DNA of 36,407 bases. It comes from a virus (lineage: Duplodnaviria; Caudoviricetes). The DNA lies in the IMG/VR virus record IMGVR_UViG_3300033559_000006, positions 1-36,407 of that record. One strand, given 5' to 3'. The first letter of the stretch is position 1. Every line of letters starts with the position of its first letter. Positions 20,015-29,111 of this stretch are shown piece by piece. The notes under the pieces are model-generated. The model ran no database searches. It saw only the letters and a list, made by a program, of their open reading frames with translations, and was not told the DNA's origin. The translations under genes and the position numbers were made by a program.

Positions 20015-20901
20015 TTCATTTCCTCAACCTTATTTATAATTTCAGAGTCATTTAGCCAATATGGTAATTCTACTAATACTATTTGATTTTCCTCGCAATA
20101 TTTTTTCACAGCACAGTCTCTAACCTTCTGCAACTCAAAACATTTTTCCGCTCTATCATAACTCATGCCACCAAACCTTACAGGTTCGTAGTGCTGTTTA
20201 CCATTATACTCAATTATTATCTTCTTTTTACCTTCTATGAAGAAATCTACTATATATCTCTTTCCATTGTAAAAGATTGCCTTTTGATAATCAATACATT
20301 CGACAGATTTTTGTAACAACTCTTTCACAAACCGTTCTCTCTTTCTTTTGCAAAAAGGGCAGCCATATCCATGCCATATTATCCCTATAGGGCTTTGGAG
20401 GAATATTTCATTGTCAATATTACATCTGAAATGTATCTTATCTTTCATTCTTTTTATAGAGTCTAAACGTTGAATATTCTTATTACAGTTTCTTATTTCA
20501 AGGTCTATCTGTTCTTCGCTCTTGTATGTGTTGTAACATAAAGGGCAAGGAGTTTTTTCTTTTATAATATTTCTGGCGCGGGATTCCTTCCATATATGAC
20601 CATCTTTTAGACATTTCATTTTTATAGGTGACTCATATCCCATATAGTCTGATATTCTTACAACATTCTTATTTGCAATAGATTTATCAAACTCTTCGTT
20701 TGTCATACGAACACCACCATTACACTTTGGGCACCCATTCCCTTGGAGTATTTTATAGGGTTTGGATGCCCAAACGTTTCCGCATGTCACACACGAGAAA
20801 TCTATTTTAGTGTGTGCAGTAACGTAATTACCAACTCTGGTTACACCTTTTGATTGAAGCAACACATCAATTTTTTCATTAGTATAAGCTGTGCGTGGCA
20901 T
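19996..20901 (-). CDS. Second free-standing putative homing endonuclease of the same family
   Basis: ATG 20901 with SD GGAGG; three Cys repeats (CPKC, CPLC, CPFC); IVDFFI...IIIEYNGKQHYEPV...LVELPY; AT-rich. Confidence 0.75.
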   Translation of the reverse strand: MPRTAYTNEKIDVLLQSKGVTRVGNYVTAHTKIDFSCVTCGNVWASKPYKILQGNGCPKCNGGVRMTNEEFDKSIANKNVVRISDYMGYESPIKMKCLKDGHIWKESRARNIIKEKTPCPLCYNTYKSEEQIDLEIRNCNKNIQRLDSIKRMKDKIHFRCNIDNEIFLQSPIGIIWHGYGCPFCKRKRERFVKELLQKSVECIDYQKAIFYNGKRYIVDFFIEGKKKIIIEYNGKQHYEPVRFGGMSYDRAEKCFELQKVRDCAVKKYCEENQIVLVELPYWLNDSEIINKVEEMKWLLMD

Positions 20902-20918
20902 AAATATCCTCCACACAC

Positions 20919-20926
20919 TATTTATA
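20919..20926 (-). promoter_or_regulatory. T4-type late promoter TATAAATA
   Basis: Exact consensus between gp13 stop and the endonuclease SD. Confidence 0.7.
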
Positions 20927-20930
20927 TAAA

Positions 20931-21896
20931 CTATGCAAACCAGAAGGGTCTAGCCGGATAATTGTATTTATTATCCTCAATCTCCTTTTCCAGCTTCTCC
21001 TTTTCTTCCTTGCCTTCTCTGATATAGAACTCGCCATTTACGGTAGCACCGCCAGCAAACGCTATACCAGAATACTTTGACACGTTATAACCACATTGTA
21101 TCTTGCACAATGCTGCTATATAGCGTCTTATCCATATGTTGTCAAATAGAACTCCATCTTCTACTCGTGACCATACTGGTAATATAATAATTCCTTCACC
21201 CTTGGGGGCTGGTGATAAGCGAACCTTTTTACTTTCTTCCATGAACTGAACATCCATCTTGACAGTATAACGTTGCTTTATCATTTCAAGATATTGAAGA
21301 CCAAGTTCATATCCAACGAGGTCAGCGCCACCACCCGAGCCACGGGTTCCCTCGCCCCCTCTGGAGCCAAATGAATTGAACTGACCAAAGGAGCCTGGGG
21401 TCCACATGGAAGTGCCTACAGAGCCAAATCCAGCCCCTTGCAAGCCACCTATACCCGTTGACATGATACCAAGACCAGTGAGAGCAAATCCTCGCTCAAG
21501 CATAGGTTCTGTGGCATACTGTTGGTTTGTAGTTGTTCTTGACGAAGCCATGACATCACCTACAGCCACGACATTTCTTGGAAGCTGATACTCCTGCTTA
21601 TATACAAGGAATGGTTCAGCCGATATTCCAACGCATAGACCTGTTTGATCAACGTAGTCACGGGTGTCAAATTCATATCTACCGTCAGCGTCTACAGTGG
21701 TCAACACAACAGCCTTTGTGTGAATGATGATGTAGTTTTCTTCGTGACCAGTTCCACCAGCATGGAAGGTGTAATAGTCTATAGCCTCATCCATGAGGTT
21801 GTCTATTTGCGACGGATCAATAGGTGGTTTGATGGCTGGAGCGCCAAGAATCTTGTAAATCCAGTCAGTCAGCGATGCTCTTGTATTGACTTTCAT
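20931..21896 (-). CDS. gp13: Neck protein gp13
   Basis: LTDWIYKILGAPAI, QIDNLMDEAIDYY, WIRRYIAALCKIQCGYNVSKYSG...GGATVNG; near-consensus GATAAATA at 21914-21921. Confidence 0.9.
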   Translation of the reverse strand: MKVNTRASLTDWIYKILGAPAIKPPIDPSQIDNLMDEAIDYYTFHAGGTGHEENYIIIHTKAVVLTTVDADGRYEFDTRDYVDQTGLCVGISAEPFLVYKQEYQLPRNVVAVGDVMASSRTTTNQQYATEPMLERGFALTGLGIMSTGIGGLQGAGFGSVGTSMWTPGSFGQFNSFGSRGGEGTRGSGGGADLVGYELGLQYLEMIKQRYTVKMDVQFMEESKKVRLSPAPKGEGIIILPVWSRVEDGVLFDNIWIRRYIAALCKIQCGYNVSKYSGIAFAGGATVNGEFYIREGKEEKEKLEKEIEDNKYNYPARPFWFA

Positions 21897-21950
21897 GTGG
21901 TATCCTCAACCCTTATTTATCATTCACATGATTGTCTACAAGTTTTGGTT

Positions 21951-22538
21951 TTAGTTCAAATCCTTTAGAATTGAGAATAAGAACTTGTAAAGCTCCATGC
22001 GGTCATCGCTTACTTGTGAGTAATCTATACCAGCATCATCCATTATCTTCTTCAATTCATGCTTCTTTATAAGCATCCATTCACGAGGGGTTTTGGCTTT
22101 GAGCGACTTTAGTAGCTCTGGCTCAAACCCTATTGTTATGGTTGGCTTTGGTGGGGGCGGCTGCTTGAACATGACACACTCACACGATGACCAATGAACT
22201 GGACCACCATATGATCCACCGAAGCTATACTTTCCTCGTCCATGACATTTGCGGCAATCTTTGTCTGCGTGTGGATTATCTGGCGGTTCTTCAGTGTCTC
22301 TTGGAACAAACGATTCCATTGCTGGAACGTCGGTTATAGTAAACACGTTTCCATTCTGTAGTATGCCGTTGTTTGATGTTAATGTTTCACCAAACGTCTC
22401 AAATATAACCCCAGGAAGCCCGTTGACGATTTCATAATCAGCGACGAAACGCTCACCGTTGCCTATTTTAGTAGGAACTCCGTTTATTCGTAGAGTAATG
22501 AAACCGTCAGTGATTTTCCTGAAGATCGCCTTACGCAT
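21951..22538 (-). CDS. Hypothetical protein with CxxCxGxG...CxC zinc-finger motif
   Basis: 195 aa; CRKCHGRG and CEC. Confidence 0.7.
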   Translation of the reverse strand: MRKAIFRKITDGFITLRINGVPTKIGNGERFVADYEIVNGLPGVIFETFGETLTSNNGILQNGNVFTITDVPAMESFVPRDTEEPPDNPHADKDCRKCHGRGKYSFGGSYGGPVHWSSCECVMFKQPPPPKPTITIGFEPELLKSLKAKTPREWMLIKKHELKKIMDDAGIDYSQVSDDRMELYKFLFSILKDLN

Positions 22539-22540
22539 AG

Positions 22541-22912
22541 TTATCCCCTGAGAGGTCCGAGCTTATCATTAAACTCATCGACACCATTACCAATCTTATC
22601 ACGGCGAAGTTTGGCGGCTTCTTCAAACTCTTTGAGTCTGTCTCTTGCTTTAGCAACCGTATTTGTCTTACGTTGTTCTGGCAATTCACCAGCATTTAGT
22701 TTGCTAATCTCCTGCTTGAGAAGTTCATATTCTTCCTCAAGCTCGGCACGGCGCTTACGAAACATACCAGACATACGAACATCCATGTTTGGTCCCGACA
22801 TAGCCTCAAGCTTCATGGTTGCAATAACAATGCCCTTCTCAACCTCTTCCATTTCTTCTTGACGGCTCTGTAACATGAATCGTATAAGTTTATCTTTATC
22901 GTCTCTTGTCAT
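22541..22912 (-). CDS. Hypothetical coiled-coil protein
   Basis: 123 aa, E/K/R-rich; SD GAGG. Confidence 0.75.
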   Translation of the reverse strand: MTRDDKDKLIRFMLQSRQEEMEEVEKGIVIATMKLEAMSGPNMDVRMSGMFRKRRAELEEEYELLKQEISKLNAGELPEQRKTNTVAKARDRLKEFEEAAKLRRDKIGNGVDEFNDKLGPLRG

Positions 22913-22932
22913 AGTATTTCCTCTTACTAAAG

Positions 22933-22941
22933 ATTATATCA
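22933..22941 (-). promoter_or_regulatory. Extended -10 promoter TGATATAAT
   Basis: Directly after the capsid terminator, upstream of ATG 22912. Confidence 0.55.
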
Positions 22942-22944
22942 TAC

Positions 22945-22980
22945 AAAAAAATAACCCCCGTCTTGCGACGAGGGTTATTT
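22945..22980 (-). terminator. Intrinsic terminator after major capsid gene
   Basis: AAATAACCCTCGTC-GCAA-GACGGGGGTTATTTTTTT: long stem, GNRA loop, U tract. Confidence 0.9.
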
Positions 22981-23004
22981 CACCTTTTAGGATTTTATAC
23001 TAAC

Positions 23005-24369
23005 TTAGACCGATCCCGAGAGAGCCGATGAAGACAATCCACGAACGTCGATGTAGCGGTAGTAGTTTTCTGCACCGAAGAGATTGTTGCACATGCCGTA
23101 ACGGGTCATGACGCCAATTCTTGGGTTGAAGGAATCCTGACCAACAGCTTCGAGGAACTGGAGCGGAACGTATGGGAGGTAAACGATGCCAGAGTCAGCA
23201 TCATCGCGTCCCTTGTATCCGACAACAGCGTAGTCGCGTGTTGCGAACATATCACGGTAAACCGTGAAGCGTCCGATTGTTCCGACCTTAGCAACACCCG
23301 AAACTTCAGTTGCGAGGTTGGTTGCTACGGAGCTAAGAGCGAACTGCTCAAGAGCTTCGACTGCTGCGCAGACGGTTGGCGAGCAAAGGATGAAGTTACC
23401 TGCTCCACGACGGGTAGCGACGGCGATTTCATTCGATGCCTTGAGGAAGACGGTGTAAAGGGTTCTGAACTTTTCCTGCTCCCAACGTCCATCGGCGGTG
23501 CCGAAGGTGCCAGAACGGTAGTCCCATACCAATACTCCACCGACCTGAGCAAGAGCAATTATGTTAGCCTTTACTTCTGCGTCGATTTCAGCAGCAACTT
23601 CGTAAGCAAGAAGGTCTGACAACTGTGCAGCAATGTCAACATTGTGCATGTTCTTCAAATCCTGCTGTGCTTCATGCGACCAACGAGCAGCGAGCTTGCG
23701 GGTCTTAGCTTCAACAGTCTGCTTCTCAACGGAGAGTCCCATGTAACGAATGCGATCCATTTCATCGACGCCCTGCCAGTGAGTTTCACCAAGACCTTCA
23801 GCGTCTCCGGTGTTGTATCCGCCGCGTGGCGAGAGTCCTGCATCAACATCTCCACCCTTTACCTTACCAGCGTCAACAGTGGTTGCCCATGCGGTGTTGA
23901 AGTCAGCGGAGGTTGGGAGGGTTGTTGCGGTTGTTGGGTATCCGCCCGAGTAGAGAGCTTCTACCGAGTTGAATCCAGCTTCCTTGCCTGGGAATCCAAC
24001 CTTCGAATTGAAGTCGCTCTGGTAGCGATAACGGAGGGCATATGCCAATCCGACTGGTGTGAACATTGGCTGAACGCCAACAAGTTCGTTTGTTACAAGT
24101 TCAGGGAAAACACGAGCAACGAGCGGCATAGCGATAGCCTGGAATCTTGCGATACCAGTAGCTCCACCGACGTTGGATGCGGTTCCGGGAACGGAAACAA
24201 CTGAGCCGCCAGCAGACGATGCTGCTTCGTTGAGTTGATCCTTGAAGTAACGATTTTCCTGCTCAAGTAACTGAGCGGTGATTTCAGCCTTACGATCATC
24301 GCGAATGTGTTCGATCATTGGCTTCCACTTCTTGAGAAGTGCGTCTCTGATATTGTCCTGTAGTGCCAT
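23005..24369 (-). CDS. gp23: Major capsid protein
   Basis: VGVQPMFTPVGLAYALRYRY, VEAKTRKLAARWSHEAQQDL, YLPYVPL, SFNPRIGVMTRYG; probable maturation site QLNE-A. Confidence 0.98.
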   Translation of the reverse strand: MALQDNIRDALLKKWKPMIEHIRDDRKAEITAQLLEQENRYFKDQLNEAASSAGGSVVSVPGTASNVGGATGIARFQAIAMPLVARVFPELVTNELVGVQPMFTPVGLAYALRYRYQSDFNSKVGFPGKEAGFNSVEALYSGGYPTTATTLPTSADFNTAWATTVDAGKVKGGDVDAGLSPRGGYNTGDAEGLGETHWQGVDEMDRIRYMGLSVEKQTVEAKTRKLAARWSHEAQQDLKNMHNVDIAAQLSDLLAYEVAAEIDAEVKANIIALAQVGGVLVWDYRSGTFGTADGRWEQEKFRTLYTVFLKASNEIAVATRRGAGNFILCSPTVCAAVEALEQFALSSVATNLATEVSGVAKVGTIGRFTVYRDMFATRDYAVVGYKGRDDADSGIVYLPYVPLQFLEAVGQDSFNPRIGVMTRYGMCNNLFGAENYYRYIDVRGLSSSALSGSV

Positions 24370-24404
24370 AAATACCTTTCTATAGTATTGTGTTGGTTAG
24401 TGAT

Positions 24405-25490
24405 TTATATACGACGGTTCAAGCGGTCGAGAGATTTCTTCCACGAGTCCATCTGTGCGCCTCCGCTGGTTGCGGCTGGTGAGGAAACCTCTTCCTCTAT
24501 TTTTGCCAACTGCTTCTTTGCGGATTCAGTAATAACTGGCTTTGTAGCAACCTGGGGCTTTGCGGCAGTAACAGTCTTCTGGACTGGCTGCTTGACACTC
24601 TCGTTGATTATGTAATCTTTGATAGCGTCAAACTTGCGCTCTACGTCTACGGCTGATGTACTCTCAAGGAGTTTTGCAGCACGAGCCTTTTGAGCCTGGG
24701 TCATTCCCTCGGTCAACTGACCAATCTTTACCTTCTTTTCCAAATCTCTAACCTGGGCAGTCAACGTGACTGCTTCTTTCACTTTGGCGTTGAATTGCTC
24801 GGAAAGGGACTCGCTATCCTTCTTCGCAGCCTTGAGGGCTTCGTATCCGGTAGAGTCGAGCTTTATGTAGTTCTTGGTGAAGGTATTTACCATACCTTCA
24901 ACGAGTCCTTCATATGCCTTTGCCTTGCTGGCTGCTTCCATAATGCCCTCTGGAATATGCTTAGGTATCTCAGACTCAAGGTACTGATCTATCTTTTCAA
25001 GCAAATCCTTACGGTACTTACTAACGTCTTCAGCAAGAGCAGCCTCTTGCTTTATTCTGAAATTCTTTGCTTCTTCGACCATCTCTGTCTCAAGGACGGT
25101 ACGATATTCAGCGGCGACTTCTTCTACCATCTTCTCAACCTGAGTGCGGTATTCTGTCGATGTTTCCTCAACAACCTTTACTGTCTCTTCCTTGAAGTTG
25201 TTGAGTTCTTCAAAGAGTATGCCTTCCTTCTTCTTGAAGGCTTCAGCGAGTTCGCCTGCAAACGTCTCAGCTTCCTTCTTGAATGACTCAGCCTGTTCAG
25301 CGAGCTTCTTCTTGGCTTCCGCAGCTTCCTTCTTAGCAGCATCAAGCTGTTCCTGAAGAGAAAGTGTAGATGCCTTTGCTCTGTCAGTAACGAGCGAGTC
25401 AAGATAGGTTGAAATATCTGAAGCGGCTGCCTCTGAGAGTGATTCTCCAAGTGCCTTCTTCAATGTTTCCATAATTGCCTGTTTGCTCAT
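24405..25490 (-). CDS. gp22: Prohead core scaffolding protein
   Basis: Acidic coiled coil between protease and capsid; IDQYLE, LTEGMTQAQKARAAKLLE. Confidence 0.85.
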   Translation of the reverse strand: MSKQAIMETLKKALGESLSEAAASDISTYLDSLVTDRAKASTLSLQEQLDAAKKEAAEAKKKLAEQAESFKKEAETFAGELAEAFKKKEGILFEELNNFKEETVKVVEETSTEYRTQVEKMVEEVAAEYRTVLETEMVEEAKNFRIKQEAALAEDVSKYRKDLLEKIDQYLESEIPKHIPEGIMEAASKAKAYEGLVEGMVNTFTKNYIKLDSTGYEALKAAKKDSESLSEQFNAKVKEAVTLTAQVRDLEKKVKIGQLTEGMTQAQKARAAKLLESTSAVDVERKFDAIKDYIINESVKQPVQKTVTAAKPQVATKPVITESAKKQLAKIEEEVSSPAATSGGAQMDSWKKSLDRLNRRI

Positions 25491-25513
25491 ATGTTCTCCT
25501 GCGATGCTATAAG

Positions 25514-25521
25514 TATTTATA
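25514..25521 (-). promoter_or_regulatory. T4-type late promoter TATAAATA
   Basis: Exact consensus upstream of gp22 SD AGGAG. Confidence 0.75.
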
Positions 25522-25529
25522 AGGGTTTA

Positions 25530-26231
25530 TTAGATAGTCTTGAAAAAATCTTTCAAGCACGAAACGAGATACGAATCTCTGTCATGTTTTGGAATATTTT
25601 CCAAGGATTTATGCAGATTATTATAAGCGGTTCCGCTACGAGAAAGAGACTCGGCAGTATACTTACCGCCAGTTCTTATGTAGTTTACGCTTTCGAGTAC
25701 ACCATCAACGAAGCCATCTGGTGCAGAAGGATCTGCAACGATATCAACGGTAATAAGCTCATATTCAGTGACCATAGCAGCATCACCAGCAGACTCCTGA
25801 ACATTTCCAAGACCACGGCTTGAAACGCCAAGCTGACCGTCAGCCTTGAGAATAGATTCAGCTATTCTTCCGTATTCAGTGTCAAGAAGCTTTGCCTTTC
25901 CAATAAGGTCATTGCCTCTCCACTTGAATTCGGTTATGATGTGTGATACTCTATGAAGATTTATTTCAACACCTTCTGGATGTCCGAGTTCACCAAATGT
26001 TCTCCACTTCTTTGTCTTCTCATTCGGGAAGCGATCAGAAACATATGCCTGAACACACTTTTCCATGAGAGAACGAGGATAGATTCTACCATTACGATTC
26101 TTCTTCTCTGTCTGAATGAATATACCTTCGATGGTTGGAACCTTCTTGGTAACACCATTAGCCTCTGTGACGCTTTCATAAATGAAATCGCCAAGAGACT
26201 CGAAGTTTGATTCTGTTATGAGTTTAAACAT
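25530..26231 (-). CDS. gp21: Prohead core protease
   Basis: IEGIFIQ...KNRNGRIYP, GELGHP, GVSSRGLG, DIVADPSAPDGFV. Confidence 0.97.
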   Translation of the reverse strand: MFKLITESNFESLGDFIYESVTEANGVTKKVPTIEGIFIQTEKKNRNGRIYPRSLMEKCVQAYVSDRFPNEKTKKWRTFGELGHPEGVEINLHRVSHIITEFKWRGNDLIGKAKLLDTEYGRIAESILKADGQLGVSSRGLGNVQESAGDAAMVTEYELITVDIVADPSAPDGFVDGVLESVNYIRTGGKYTAESLSRSGTAYNNLHKSLENIPKHDRDSYLVSCLKDFFKTI

Positions 26232-26249
26232 TTGTTATACCTCTGATGT

Positions 26250-26257
26250 TATTTATA
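26250..26257 (-). promoter_or_regulatory. T4-type late promoter TATAAATA
   Basis: Exact consensus upstream of gp21 SD GAGG. Confidence 0.75.
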
Positions 26258-26268
26258 ACAAATAAACA

Positions 26269-26685
26269 TCACTCCTTGGATTGCTTCTCAACCTTATCCG
26301 ACAATTGCTTCAAGTATTTTTCCTTGCCGTTGTTTATCATAATGTCAAGCTTTGACTGAATGATGTTGGGGAACGACTTCTGAGCAGCGGCATAGTCGCC
26401 CTGCTGAAGCTTGTCAAGCCAATCTGAGGTTGACGTTGTGTACTTTTCTCTTGAATCCATAATTGCCTTCGCCTCCTGTATGTCGAGTTTATCTATGAGA
26501 GTTTTGAACTTGCCTCTGACACCCTTCCAGAATAAAGGGTTTCCCTTGTCTTTTTCCTGTGATGACTTTGCGCTATCTTCTTGCGTTGAAATAGCCTCGG
26601 TCCACAGTTGTTCCAATACACTAACACTTATCTTGTATTTGTGATGCAAAGACATGATAAGTTCATTTGATTCTTTTAGATTCAT
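26269..26685 (-). CDS. Putative prohead core protein (gp67-like C-terminal half)
   Basis: Between portal and protease; WLDKLQQGDYAAAQKSF resembles the gp67 pattern. Confidence 0.5.
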   Translation of the reverse strand: MNLKESNELIMSLHHKYKISVSVLEQLWTEAISTQEDSAKSSQEKDKGNPLFWKGVRGKFKTLIDKLDIQEAKAIMDSREKYTTSTSDWLDKLQQGDYAAAQKSFPNIIQSKLDIMINNGKEKYLKQLSDKVEKQSKE

Positions 26686-26706
26686 ATGTTCTCCATTTTT
26701 CTATTG

Positions 26707-28419
26707 TTATAGGGCAGGCTCGGCGTCACCACCGGCATCTCCACCCGCATCGTCACCGCCAGCATCTCCACCAGCGTCACCACCCATGTCGCCGCCCATG
26801 TCACCACCACCCATATCCATTCCGCCTCCGCCTCCACCACCTCCGCCGCCACCTCCACCATCTCCGTCTTCACCTTCATTGAGGTCATCCTTTTCGGCAG
26901 CAAGAAGCTCTTGGTTGTTCTTCCAGTCTTCTTCATCAATCTCAAGATACTTCTGAACAATCCACTTACGAGCGAATACTGGCTTCTCAGTGTCGATAAG
27001 ATCCTTGAAGTTGCTGAAGTTCTGGAATCTAAGCTCAAGAACCTTGGCTTCCATGAACTTCTCAAAGAGGTTGTTGGCAAACATCTGAATCTTGATGTCT
27101 TGCTCTGAGATTCCATACTCTTCCGAGATTCCCTTGAGGGCAAGGTGAGTGAGGAATATATCTTTGAATACTTCAGCGAATCTATCGGTGTAACGCTTGA
27201 CTTCCTTGACGAACTTGACTTCTTCACGGGTAATATCCGATGTATCACCGATGGAGAACTTGTTATCCTCACCGAAGCGGCTCTTAGGAATCTTCAAGCC
27301 ACGGTAGAGCTTATTCAGGAAGTAATCAATGTCGCCAATCTCACCAAGACCCTGACCACCCTGAAGTGTTGTAACTTCAGAAGAGCGACCGCCCTGGAAT
27401 ACAGGGAACCAGAAGTCTTCAGTCATAGCCTGCATATCAAGACCTTCTGCAATGTCACCAGTTGCAGGATCAAAGAACTTGCGCTGACGATACTTGCGAA
27501 TCATCTCCTGCATGAACTGGTCAGCACGACCCTTTGGCAATGATCCAACGTCGATCTTAAATACTCTGCGTTCAGGCGCACGAACTATACGATAGATAAC
27601 GAGAGCGTCTTCAAGAAGCTTGAGTCTCTTATAGGTGGTCTTCGATTCCTCAAGGAACGACAGAACAACCTTCATGTCTTCGTCTTTAGACCAGTCATAC
27701 TTACCGCTATTAGCGTAAGCTACGGCTTCTCTTGGAAGATTCTTTACCGATGAGTCATCACCCTGGTATGCGTAGAACAAAATGTCATCCGCTTCAATAT
27801 CCTTCCAAACAGGATATACACGGGTGGTCATCAGCTTCTTTACCTTGCAGATACCCTTTGATTCATCCTGAATGTCAAAAATCTTTTCGAAGTAAATCTC
27901 AGCGTCAACCATATACTCACGGAACCACTGGTGAATATACTTGTCAATCTTTAGGATTTCAAACATCAAGTGGTCGAACTCGGCTATGATGGTCTTGCGC
28001 TGGTTATCATTCTCATTTATAGCAGCGTTGCGAATGTTGAGCTTCATGCAACGACCGTCAGGACCCTCGTTGACAGCTTCATCCACATACTCATCAACAG
28101 CGAATGCTATTTCTGGATACTTCGACATTTCACGGTAAATAGCAACACGGCTTCTCTTATCTCTTTCAAGAGCGTAGATATACTTCGAGAATATATTGAT
28201 GGTCTGGTTATATTCACCGTGGGCAAGACCCACATCCTGAAGATCGGTTATGGCAGTTGTTGAAAGCGACTTATCACGAGTCTTATCATTCTCTGGATTT
28301 AGATTGTTGAATATATTGTTTCTCGTCTTGATAAGAAGCTCTTTTTCCTGTGGAGACATATCCACTGGAACTTCCGGTTTGCGGCTCCTATTGAACGAGA
28401 AGAATGAACGTAATGCCAT
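26707..28419 (-). CDS. gp20: Portal vertex protein with Gly/Asp-rich C-terminal tail
   Basis: YREMSKYPEI, LEDALVIYRIVRAPERRVFKIDVGSLPK, MTEDFWFP, LYRGLKIPKSR, ITREEVKF. Confidence 0.98.
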   Translation of the reverse strand: MALRSFFSFNRSRKPEVPVDMSPQEKELLIKTRNNIFNNLNPENDKTRDKSLSTTAITDLQDVGLAHGEYNQTINIFSKYIYALERDKRSRVAIYREMSKYPEIAFAVDEYVDEAVNEGPDGRCMKLNIRNAAINENDNQRKTIIAEFDHLMFEILKIDKYIHQWFREYMVDAEIYFEKIFDIQDESKGICKVKKLMTTRVYPVWKDIEADDILFYAYQGDDSSVKNLPREAVAYANSGKYDWSKDEDMKVVLSFLEESKTTYKRLKLLEDALVIYRIVRAPERRVFKIDVGSLPKGRADQFMQEMIRKYRQRKFFDPATGDIAEGLDMQAMTEDFWFPVFQGGRSSEVTTLQGGQGLGEIGDIDYFLNKLYRGLKIPKSRFGEDNKFSIGDTSDITREEVKFVKEVKRYTDRFAEVFKDIFLTHLALKGISEEYGISEQDIKIQMFANNLFEKFMEAKVLELRFQNFSNFKDLIDTEKPVFARKWIVQKYLEIDEEDWKNNQELLAAEKDDLNEGEDGDGGGGGGGGGGGGGMDMGGGDMGGDMGGDAGGDAGGDDAGGDAGGDAEPAL

Positions 28420-28425
28420 GTCGTG

Positions 28426-29070
28426 TTACTCCGGTAGTATTCCTGGGACTGCTTTGACGGTCTGTTTAGCGGTGTCCTCTGCCTGTTCTATATTTATAAG
28501 AACAGCGTTCCGCATGCGATTTGGGCTATATGCCCTATAGAATTTTTGTAATGCTGGTGTTGTTGGACCATATAGACCATTGCCGAAATTGTCGTAACGG
28601 AATGCGAACTGTGATTTGTAAGGCATCTCAGCGTTTGACTTTCTGGTAAGTATCTCGTTACCCTTCTCATCAAACTGAGAGTTGTAATAATACTTCTTGA
28701 GTGCGTATATCACCTTGTTAGCCAAGAAGTCTAACTTAGCCAATCGAAACCTTCTTAGGTCTATACCAACTATGTTACCATGAGCAACGTCGAAGCCAGC
28801 AAACACAACCATTGGGTTGAGAACCATCTTATCTTCTCTGGCTATACTATTACCCTCTGACATGTCTGGTATATCTCTACCAATGTAGTTGAATACAAGT
28901 ATGTCTCCAAGCTCTATGTTGTTACTCTTGACACTTCTACCAACAGCGTCTTTTGTGGCACCTGTCATATCGTTTGGTGCGATGGGAACTCCATAGGCAA
29001 TAGACGCAACTCCACCGGGAATAACAGCCTTCCTAACGAAAGGAGCAACCATAATCTTCTTCATTACCAT
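28426..29070 (-). CDS. Hypothetical protein, possibly gp2-like DNA end protector
   Basis: GDILVFNY...PMVVF...GNIVGIDL...FYRAY loosely follows the gp2-family pattern; adjacent to gp4. Confidence 0.4.
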   Translation of the reverse strand: MVMKKIMVAPFVRKAVIPGGVASIAYGVPIAPNDMTGATKDAVGRSVKSNNIELGDILVFNYIGRDIPDMSEGNSIAREDKMVLNPMVVFAGFDVAHGNIVGIDLRRFRLAKLDFLANKVIYALKKYYYNSQFDEKGNEILTRKSNAEMPYKSQFAFRYDNFGNGLYGPTTPALQKFYRAYSPNRMRNAVLINIEQAEDTAKQTVKAVPGILPE

Positions 29071-29104
29071 AAATAATATTATACCCCCGTATAATATATT
29101 TAGG
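29068..29104. promoter_or_regulatory. Divergent promoter region with inverted repeat ATATTATAC-CCCC-GTATAATAT
   Basis: TATAAT on both strands (minus 29078-29083, plus 29090-29095) plus near-late motifs CATAAATA (+, 29068-29075) and CCTAAATA (-, 29097-29104). Confidence 0.5.
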
Positions 29105-29111
29105 AAACATT

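Noticed and set aside
26682-27272. 196-aa alternative-frame ORF over the portal 3' end
   Set aside because: Ser/Arg-rich shifted-frame composition, partly over low-complexity DNA; no initiation signal or motif seen.
15125-28419. Inteins or introns in terminase, capsid or portal; introns around the endonucleases
   Set aside because: Proteins have normal length and continuous motifs; gaps flanking the endonucleases are under 30 nt, too short for ribozyme cores.
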